A program made the translations under genes and the position numbers. From contig NW_021828447.1 of the NCBI RefSeq assembly GCF_006345805.1, forward strand, positions 1-8,361: DNA of 8,361 nucleotides, in the 5' to 3' direction. Every line of letters starts with the position of its first letter. Position 1 is the first letter of the stretch. This DNA is from Octopus sinensis (Eukaryota). Positions 1 through 7,272 of this stretch are shown here, in pieces. The notes below the pieces were generated by a model, which saw only the letters and a list, made by a program, of their open reading frames with translations, had not been told where the DNA came from and ran no database searches.

Positions 1-7
1 ATATATA

Positions 8-64
<57 letters not shown>

Positions 65-204
65 TATCTATATATATATATATATATTATATATATATAT
101 ATATGTATATAATATATATATATATATATATACTATATATAATATATATATGTATTATGTATGTATTATGTATGTATGTATGTATGTATGTATGCATATG
201 TGTG
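1..204. repeat. (TA)n microsatellite grading into (TATG)n
   Basis: Directly visible imperfect TA array, then TATG tetramers from about 150 to 195. Confidence 0.97.
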
Positions 205-470
205 TTGTAAAGAGAAAGATTGGAAAGGAAGAAAGTGTGTATCATTGTTTGTTCGAATAGTTAGCATAGTAACTGGCTATATTCTTCTCTCATTCGTTCA
301 AAGTGAATATTCTCCATACGGCAGTAAACGGCGGTGCCAGCTACACCAAAAAGTTGCCAGATATTTCAACTCTCTTGGGCTCTTTATCGCCTCCAACTTA
401 TTCAACCATTTCTGAAATCGCTAATCTTGTTTACTTCAGCTGCAATAGCTATGTAAATGCAACACCAGTG

Positions 471-576
471 GCAGCAGCAGTAACAACAGCAGCAGCAGCA
501 ACAACAACACAACAACAAGAACAACAACCGCAGCAACAACAACAATAGCATCAGCACCAGCAGCAACAACAACAAC
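471..576. repeat. (CAG)n/(CAA)n trinucleotide microsatellite
   Basis: gcagcagcag...acaacaacaac runs; source of the poly-Q/A/T tails in the ORF track. Confidence 0.95.
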
Positions 577-900
577 GGAAAACAAAGAATGATGCTTGCA
601 AAAGGAAAATGCATTTCGTTGTGCAAATGTAATATGGCTGCCGAATATACAACACCAGCTTCCGGTATCGACCGGAAATTATCAGAAATAGAAATACCAG
701 CTAAATGTTTACAAAATTTCAAACGTTTTCGTTTATTAATTATGTATTGTTGAGGTTGTTGTTAAATAGATGCTTTGTTGTTTTTGTTGAAAATTTTTGT
801 TTCCTTTGGGTATTAATTTTATATTTTATTTTCTCTTGGGAAAAAAAATTAAATATCTCACCTAAACCAAACTAATATATATATAATAGATGCTTCTCCT

Positions 901-1706
901 CGCCATCACGACCATCATCCCTACCGACACCATGACCATGATGATGACAGTGATGATGATGATCATCGTTGTCGTCATTGTCGTCGTCGTCGTTGTCGTC
1001 GTCGTCATCATCATCATCATCACCACCATCCTCATCATCAGCCTTATCCTCCTCCTTCTCATCATATTCAGCTTCATTTTCAGCAGCAGCAGCAGCAGCA
1101 ACACTATCGTTATCATCATTACCACTATCATCAACGGCACCAGGTCCACTGTTATCACCACCACCACCACCACCACCCCACCACCTCCACTACCACCACC
1201 ACCACTACAACCACCACCACTACCACCACCACCTCCACAACCACCACTACCACCACCACCACCACTACCACCATGACTACCACAACCATCATCATCATCA
1301 TTGTCACTAGCGCCACCTTGACCAACATTAAACACCACTACTACCATGACCAACTCTACAAATTAATTATGATTATCACCATCACCACCACCACCACCAC
1401 CACCACCATCATTATCGTCATCCTTATCATTACGCTCACCACCACCACCAAAACCCCCACCACCACCATCACCACCACCACAACCATCATCATCATCATC
1501 ATCATCGTTGTCGTCGTCGTCACCAGCGCCACCATGACCACAATGACCACCATTACCGACCAGCTCTACAACCATGACTATCACCACCAACACCACCATC
1601 TTCACTATTATCACCATCATCATTATTATCATCATTATTACGCTCACCACCACCACCACCACCACCACCGCCACCACCACCGTCACCACCACCACCCCAC
1701 CACCAC
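901..1706. repeat. Compound trinucleotide array (CAT/CAC/CGT/CCT/CAG) containing a degenerate ~210-bp tandem duplication
   Basis: About 800 bp of phased triplet repeats. Non-repetitive anchors recur about 200-216 bp apart (1309/1525, 1348/1558, 1430/1638). Confidence 0.93.
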
Positions 1707-1732
1707 GATCATTGCAATTAAGAGCAAAAAAC

Positions 1733-1826
1733 AGCAGCAACAACAACAATACCAACACAGACACAGTCACAAGAACAAAAGAACATTTAGCAGCAGCAGC
1801 AACAACAACAACAACAGCAACAACAA
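1733..1826. repeat. (CAG)n/(CAA)n microsatellite
   Basis: cagcagcaacaacaac and agcagcagcagcaacaacaacaac runs. Confidence 0.9.
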
Positions 1827-1995
1827 CTCTCTTCTTATCGTAACGCAGTAGCTGCCGCAACAAGCAGAATTTCTGGTTAAAATAATAAACAATAAATAAA
1901 TATAAAGAAAAGTAAATAAATCAAATATTATAAATAAATAAAGTTTAAATATACACACAAAAAAATAAACAACATTGGAACGTGAATACAAAAGA

Positions 1996-2138
1996 GTTGT
2001 TGTTGGTGTTGGTGCTGGTGGTGTTGTGGCGGTTGTGGTGGTTGTGGTGGTGACGGCGGTGGTGTTGGTGATAGAGATGTTGCTGTGATTGTGGTGATTG
2101 TTTCAGCAGTTGTTGTTGCTATTGTTGTTGTTGTTGTT
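1996..2138. repeat. (GTT)n/(GGT)n trinucleotide array, opposite polarity to the upstream arrays
   Basis: gttgttgttggtgttggtgctggtggt...gttgttgttgttg; reverse-complement composition of the AAC/ACC arrays at 1150-1826. Confidence 0.92.
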
Positions 2139-2554
2139 GGTAAACATCCGGATACAAAAGCGCTACTTCTTTTTTTTTTTGGCGTAACATTTATCTGGAA
2201 ACTATTTTTTCAGAAAAAAAAACACAACAAATAAATAAGAAAAAAAAAACCCCAAAAAACAGAAAAGAAACACAAGATATGGCGGCAACAAGAAAAAAAC
2301 ATATAACATGGCGTCTGATAAAGTGTTATTGTTAGTTTCAGTTTATATTTAGCCTCATCAGAGATAGAAAGACACGGTCCTTGACCCCCGACTTTGCTCT
2401 GTGTAGAGCCACCAAAACTTTATGATAGTGGAACAGAAGGAAGGTAGTACGACCTAGTAGGAGAAGAAGGGAGATAATCCGTATCATATTATGCTGTGTC
2501 TTTCTCTGATCTGGAAAGTGGCTTGGGTTTTTGGAACAGAGGGGAGAGGACTTT

Positions 2555-2671
2555 ATTAAGGGTAACACAGGTGTCTATAGAAGTGTTAAATCGATTAAAA
2601 AGATTAAGTTTACAATCAAAAGACGAGGATTCCTTACTGTTTCCGTTCATCTAAATTAACTCGGAACTCTT
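2555..2671 (+). mobile_element. Possible old, diverged 3' fragment of an octopus tRNA SINE
   Basis: ttaagggtaacacaggtgtctatagaagtg and ctgtttccgttcatctaaattaactcggaac resemble, from memory only, the 3' body of an octopus SINE (TTAAGGGTACACGTGTCTGTGGAGTG...CTGTTCCGTTGATCGGATCAAC). No in-window copy confirms it. Confidence 0.3.
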
Positions 2672-2706
2672 AGGACGATATTTGGTCCAGTTAACCATAT
2701 TGAAGG

Positions 2707-2987
2707 AAGGCGGCGAGCGGGCAGAAACGTTAGCACGCCGGGCGAAATTCTTAGCGGCATTTCGTCTGCCGTTACTTTCTGAGTTCAAATTTCACCGAGG
2801 TCGACTTTGCCTTTCATCCTTTCAGGGTCGATAAATTAAGTACCAGTTACGCACTGGGGTCGATATAATCGATTTAATCCGTTTGTCATCATTGCGGGGT
2901 CGATAAATTAAATACCAGTTGTGTACTGGATCGATCTAATCGACTGGCCCCTTCCCCCCAAATTTCGGGTCTAGAGTGGAAAAAAAA
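2707..2987 (+). mobile_element. tRNA-derived SINE family A, copy A1 (dimer with internal deletion)
   Basis: Aligns with in-window copies at 2994, 6193 and 7273: head aaggcggcgagc-ggcagaaacgttagcacgccgggcgaaat, B-box-like GAGTTCAAATT, central gaggtcgactttgcctttcatcctttcagggtcgataaattaagtaccag, then the right-monomer tail gactggccccttccccc...ctagagtggaaaa. Resembles octopus OK/OR-type SINEs; the central domain resembles the Meta/MESC domain (recalled, unverified). Confidence 0.92.
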
Positions 2988-2993
2988 TTCTTT

Positions 2994-3091
2994 AAGGCGG
3001 CAAGCTGGCAGACTCGTTAGCCTGGCGGCATTTCGTCTCTCTTTATGTTCTGAGTTCAAATTCCGCTGAGGTCGTCTTTGCCTTTCATCCT
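2994..3091 (+). mobile_element. SINE family A, copy A2 (3'-truncated, internal deletion in the head)
   Basis: aaggcggcaagctggcagactcgttagc, then a shortened head, ttctgagttcaaattccgctgaggtcgtctttgcctttcatcct; homology stops abruptly at 3091. Confidence 0.9.
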
Positions 3092-3220
3092 ATATCTGTA
3101 TTATATCAAGACCAAAGACTTAATACTTTGTGAATGGGATTTGGTAAATGAAAACTGTGTTGAAACCAATTATACAAGCATATATGTATACACACACGCA
3201 CACACATTCATATGTATGTA

Positions 3221-3302
3221 TCTTTTATTCGTTCAGTCACTGGCCGGCAGCCATGTTGGGGTACCAACTTACACAAACTTAGTCGAGCGAATCGACCCCA
3301 GT
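3221..3302 (-). mobile_element. 5'-truncated 3' tail of SINE family B (or of its partner LINE)
   Basis: Reverse complement aligns with 3902-3985 (ctggggtcgattcgctcgactaag...ccccaacatggctgcc...tgactgaacgaataaaaga) and with 5670-5711. Confidence 0.8.
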
Positions 3303-3571
3303 TGTTTCGGCTACCGGGAACTGTGCTCCGAGAGATCAGTGCCAGTGCAAGGTCTCATAACTTCGATTCATACGTTAGCAACAAACTAGAAAAATTAGTA
3401 TTCAATACAGGGTGACGCTGGAACAACAGTTATTTTTGATAAAACCTATGTTGTCTTTCTAGAACCCAATGTTTCATATCCGGAACTTAAACAGGTTTTA
3501 AATCACAGATGATACTAAGTTATTTTTCGATGTTACAGTCAACAAAATTGTAATATGTGAACATACAGATA

Positions 3572-3985
3572 GGCGCAGGCATGGCTGTGTAGTAAGAAAC
3601 TTACTTCTTAGCAACATGGTTCCAGGTTCAGTTCCACTGTGTGGCACCTCCTTGGGCAAGTGGCCTCTATTATAGCCCCGGGCCGAGTGGTTTTGGTAGA
3701 CGAAACTGAAAGAAATCCGTCGTAAACACACACACACACAACCATTCATACACACACACATAAATATATACGTATATGTGATTTTGTCTGTGTTTATCTT
3801 CCCAACGATTGGCAGTCGGTGTTTGTGCGTTTACGTCGCCGTAAAACAGCTGTTCGGCAAAAGAAATCAATAGAATTAGTTCCAGGTTTACACAGAATGT
3901 ACTGGTGTTGATTCATTTGACTAAAAATTCTTCAAGGCAGCGCCCCAGCATGGCCACAGTCTAATGATTGAAACCAGCAAAAGAT
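3572..3985 (+). mobile_element. tRNA-derived SINE family B, near full length, with CORE-like segment and internal microsatellite
   Basis: A-box-like TGGCTGTGTAG (from 3582), B-box GGTTCAGTTCC (3625-3635), CORE-like ccttgggcaagtg (3650-3662), internal (CA)/(TA) array at about 3726-3775, and a 3' tail shared with 3221-3302 and 5670-5711. Matches a common octopus SINE from memory. No TSD seen. Confidence 0.88.
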
Positions 3986-4040
3986 CATGTTCCGGTACTT
4001 ATCGAACCTACATATAAACTTCCATGTGTGCGTAGATATA

Positions 4041-4754
4041 CGAGGGCGAGTCAAAAATTATACTCACTCTTGTTTTTTTTAATGTATTCCCCCAAAAGCC
4101 GGGGATAAACAAGTACCTCATTTTTCTATACAGTCTCCTTCCTTTTCGATGCACTTGGTCCAGAGGTCCACAATCTTGCGTATTTCCTCCAAGAAGAAGG
4201 TATTTAGTCGGTCACACAACTATTTATGCACCGCTTCCTTCACATCTTCATCCATAGGAAATCGACGACCTCGTAAACTATCTTTGAGCGATCCAAAGAT
4301 ATGGTAGTCGGATGGGCGAGATCTGGGCCGTAGAGAGGATGCACCAGCATCTCAAAAGCCAATTGGTTAATGGTTTCGACGGTCTGGACGGTCGTGTATG
4401 GGCGTGCATTGTCATGCAACAACAAAGCTTTCTTCGACAATAGGCTTCGGCTTTTGTTGCAAATTACTGGCTTCAGTTTGTTGGCCAGCAAAGAACTGTA
4501 TCTTGCATTGTTGATCGTTGACCCATTTTCCAGAGAAATGAGATCACTGCTCTTTGTTCTACTTTGATGCACATTGCTAGTGGAGCGGCCATACTTACAC
4601 TGTGAAGCCAGAAAGAAAAATGGCGCGATCAGGCTCAAACTTCTATCACATGACAACAACAGTACCAACTATAAGCACGCATGCGCAGAAGGCAGTGGGA
4701 CAATAACAAAAATATGCTGAGGCAAAAGAGCAGATAACTTTTGACTTCCCCTCG
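4041..4754 (-). mobile_element. Non-autonomous mariner (Tc1/mariner, DD34D) deletion derivative, 714 bp
   Basis: TIRs cgagggcgagtcaaaaattat (4041-4061) and the reverse complement of 4734-4754 (cgaggggaagtcaaaagttat) are 18/21 identical. TA on both sides (4039-4040, 4755-4756). Transposase remnants inside. CGAGGG-starting TIRs are typical of irritans-type elements such as Hsmar2 and Bytmar1. Confidence 0.96.
4118..4592 (-). pseudogene. Mariner transposase pseudogene (N-terminal 21 codons fused out of frame to the C-terminal catalytic region)
   Basis: ATG at 4592 gives MAAPLAMCIKVEQRAVISFLW. After the deletion: LENGSTINNARY...LLLHDNARPY...HPLYGPDLA, a 1-nt deletion at 4314-4316, then PSDYHIFGSLKDSLRGRRFPMDEDVKEAVHK*LCD...LWTKCIEKEGDCIEK* (stop 4118-4120). 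The catalytic D codons at 4411-4413 and 4307-4309 are 101 nt apart, i.e. 34 codons minus one base. In-frame TAG at 4220-4222. Confidence 0.95.
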
Positions 4755-4822
4755 TATATTCACAAGGATACACACATACATATATACATATTGTGATTAT
4801 TAAATTTAGAAAATAGCAGTAA

Positions 4823-4894
4823 GATCGAGTTTTGCCTGACGGCTGACTGATACCGTTTATCGTGGCCAACCAGCCGTCAAGCGAAACTGGAATC
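4823..4894. other. Imperfect inverted repeat / long hairpin of unknown origin
   Basis: agttttgcctgacggctga (4828-4846) vs the reverse complement of ccagccgtcaagcgaaact (4870-4888): 16/19 identical; short basal extension GATC / GAATC. Confidence 0.85.
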
Positions 4895-5029
4895 AACTTT
4901 AATTTTTGTTTGATAGAATTTATCGGTTCACTATTAACTAAGCATTGAGCTCTATATCAAAATATTTAAAATAATTGTGACATGTTTATATACAAACTTG
5001 TACATAATTTTACAACACTTCAATGTTTT

Positions 5030-5290
5030 ACACACGCACACACACGTACACACACATACACACACGCACGTACACTCACACGCACGTACACACATTTTAT
5101 GTATATGTGCATATACGTTTACATATGAATGTATGTGTGTACATACATGCGTGTGTGCGTGTATATATATGTGTATATATATATATATACATTCACATAT
5201 ATACATGTATCCATACATCTATATATATGCGTACACACACACACACATATATAAATACGTGTGTGCGCGCACGTACGCGCGCGCGCACAT
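5030..5290. repeat. Compound alternating purine-pyrimidine array (CA/TA/TG/CG)
   Basis: (CA)-rich, (TG)-rich, (TA)-rich and (CG)n blocks in succession; source of four spurious ORFs. Confidence 0.95.
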
Positions 5291-5393
5291 AAACTAACAA
5301 TACCCTACAAAGTTCCATATATATAATTGGTCTCGCAGGAACTGTTTTTGTCAGACGAACATTTTCCATCTTTGGAAAAAATATTTTTTTCCA

Positions 5394-5446
5394 CTCTCTC
5401 TCTCTCTCTTTCTCTCTCTCTCTTTCTCTCTCTCTCTTTCTCTTTC
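5394..5446. repeat. (CT)n/(CTTT) microsatellite
   Basis: Directly visible. Confidence 0.96.
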
Positions 5447-5507
5447 AGACAAGGAAATTGTTTTTAACGATTTACATTCTGATCAATAACCTTTCATAGG
5501 TTACTCA

Positions 5508-5614
5508 GTACACACACTACCACACATACACACAACTACATACATACATATATATATATACACATACACATACACGCACATATATACATACACACACACA
5601 TATATTTACATAAC

Positions 5615-5655
<41 letters not shown>
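5508..5655. repeat. (CA)n/(TA)n/(CATA)n microsatellite
   Basis: Directly visible, ending in a pure (CA)n run at about 5624-5655. Confidence 0.95.
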
Positions 5656-5657
<2 letters not shown>

Positions 5658-5669
5658 TTATGCTTTTCT

Positions 5670-5711
5670 CCTTTTAGAACCTTCAGTCATTGGACAGCAG
5701 CCATATTGGTG
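5670..5711 (-). mobile_element. Short 3' tail fragment of SINE family B
   Basis: ttcagtcattggacagcagccatattggtg (from 5682) matches ttcagtcactggccggcagccatgttgggg (from 3232) at 25/30. Confidence 0.7.
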
Positions 5712-6192
5712 AAATCATTTTCGAGAGATTTTTTTTTATTGATCTTCGCAAAACCAGGAAACAATTGACATTTCTATTTATCTAATCGATTCCTATTTAA
5801 TATATTACAAAGCAAACTCTTATATAAATACAGGCCGTATCGGTTTACATCGGCAAACGCGAACTTTGTCGCACTGACGCACTTACGTACACATATGTAT
5901 GCAAGAAAGATCAAGAAAATAGAATTCACGCGATTCTTTATTAATCACTACGATCGTTTCGACCCATCATGCATCGGTCCCTGGTGGATGAGATTCTGTA
6001 CAGATAGTTGATGTGCTTTTTCATGTGCAGATGCGCACGGTCGAGTGCGTTGCCAAAATGTACCTCGTTAATTAATCTCCTTCTCGTTTATTTCGCTTAG
6101 AATACATTTCGGTATTTGCCTCTAGCTAGTGATGTTTATTATGTTTACTGGTAGTGCTACTGGTAATATGTAAGCCAGTAATATAACAACCA

Positions 6193-6425
6193 AAGGTGGC
6201 AAGCTGGCAGAAACGTTAGCATGCCGGGCGAAATGCTTAGCAGTATATCGTCAGCCGTTACGTTCTGAGTTCAAAATCCGCCGAGGTCGACTTTGCCTTT
6301 CATCCTTTCGGGGCCGATAAATTAAGTACCAGTTACGAAATGGGGTCGATATAATCGACTTAATCCCTTTGTTTGTCCTTGTTTGTCCCCTCTATGTTCA
6401 GCCCCTTGTGGGTAGTAAAGAAATA
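6193..6425 (+). mobile_element. SINE family A, copy A3: left monomer only, flanked by a perfect 16-bp TSD
   Basis: Head aaggtggcaagctggcagaaacgttagc through tail gccccttgtgggtagtaaagaaata; agtaatataacaacca at both 6177-6192 and 6426-6441. Confidence 0.95.
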
Positions 6426-6965
6426 AGTAATATAACAACCAGTCGCATTGTCCGCTTGTCAACGTCTAAATCGGCAACTATATGAAACCTGCTTGATAGA
6501 TAATAAGGGTGGTTTTCATTGAACGCCCTGCAAATCGAAAAACAAAAGCTATCAGCGGTTGAATTAACTTATCAGAGTGAACGGTCACAAGCAGTTTGGA
6601 GCGAAACATCCTGAGTCTTTGTTTAGAAAAGGTCTGGTGAGAAACCTTAGATTCCATTTCCGTCCAATGGTAGAGCCTAGTTCTTCAGTTAGGGGGAAAG
6701 ATTTCGTTGTTGAGAGAGCGAGAATGGTCCCGTGTAAGGCCTTTTCTCGCCTTGAAAAACTTCAGCTACAAGCATCACCCGATTTTTAGCAGTTCTATTA
6801 TGTGCTTCCATACTAAGGATGGGCGCAGCCTTTTAAAAAAGCAAAATCACAATGAAGCATTCCAGGATGGAATGAAGGCGTGTGTTAGCGTGGGTGGTGA
6901 CACTGAACACGTGCTACAAGGGGCGAAAAAAGCCTGCCAGTGTACACACATTAAGTATGTTATAA

Positions 6966-7110
6966 ACACACACACACACACACACGACCATATAGTTGTT
7001 TTCCCTTACATACATGTATAACAAACATGCATATGTTTGTGTGTGTGTGCTTGCGTGTGGATGCGTGTGTGTATGTGTGTGTGTGAGTGTATGCATGATT
7101 GTGTGTGTAT
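6966..7110. repeat. (CA)n followed by imperfect (TG)n microsatellites
   Basis: (CA)n at about 6966-6985, (TG)-rich at about 7035-7110. Confidence 0.92.
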
Positions 7111-7272
7111 GCTTGTAGATGCGCAGGCTAGTTTACAAGTGGATATGCTTATGAGCGTCAGCACATATCGTCCACGCCTACAAATAACCTCATCAGAAAA
7201 CCTCAAGATGCTAGACATATTACACAGAAGCAAGAAACGCACCCTGCCTGACTTCCATTATTATACTTATCC

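Noticed and set aside
161-753. ORFs 161-415, 303-548, 402-722 and an open frame 484-753 (…MLAKGKCISLCKCNMAAEYTTPASGIDRK…)
   Set aside because: Short, partly microsatellite-derived, no recognisable homology and no convincing splice-site pair.
862-1863. Long overlapping ORFs rich in His/Thr/Pro/Ile/Val/Gly on both strands
   Set aside because: Open in several frames on both strands only because the triplet repeats lack stop codons; no domain, codon or splice evidence.
2310-2365. Minus-strand CTGATGA-ggct-aaatata-aact-GAAA resembling a hammerhead core
   Set aside because: Stem II has a mismatch (3/4 pairs) and no stem III with an NUH triplet can be formed; probably chance.
2983-3000. aaaaattctttaaggcgg matches aaaaattcttcaaggcag at 3923-3940 (16/18)
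   Set aside because: Explained as the A-rich end of A1 abutting the aaggcgg head of A2; low complexity makes a family A/B chimera unnecessary.
3405-3413. tacagggtg, a typical Tc1/mariner TIR start
   Set aside because: No matching caccctgta partner or linked transposase sequence in the window.
4617-4687. YY1-like aaaatggcg and NRF1-like cgcatgcgca in the mariner 5' region
   Set aside because: Short motifs inside a transposon; no evidence of host regulatory use.
4952-5297. ORFs rich in His/Thr/Cys/Val/Tyr (also 3498-3870 and 6914-7303)
   Set aside because: Translations of CA/TG/TA dinucleotide arrays or of SINE sequence.
5394-5505. Pyrimidine tract ending in tttcag resembling a 3' splice site
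   Set aside because: The tract is a (CT)n microsatellite, and all three downstream frames stop within about 50 nt.
6577-6960. ORFs 6577-6789 and 6707-7021; SPDF and ACVSVGGDTEHVL faintly recall Tc1/maT transposase C-terminal motifs
   Set aside because: Motifs are in different frames, closer together than expected, with no catalytic motif or TIRs; a profile search would be needed.
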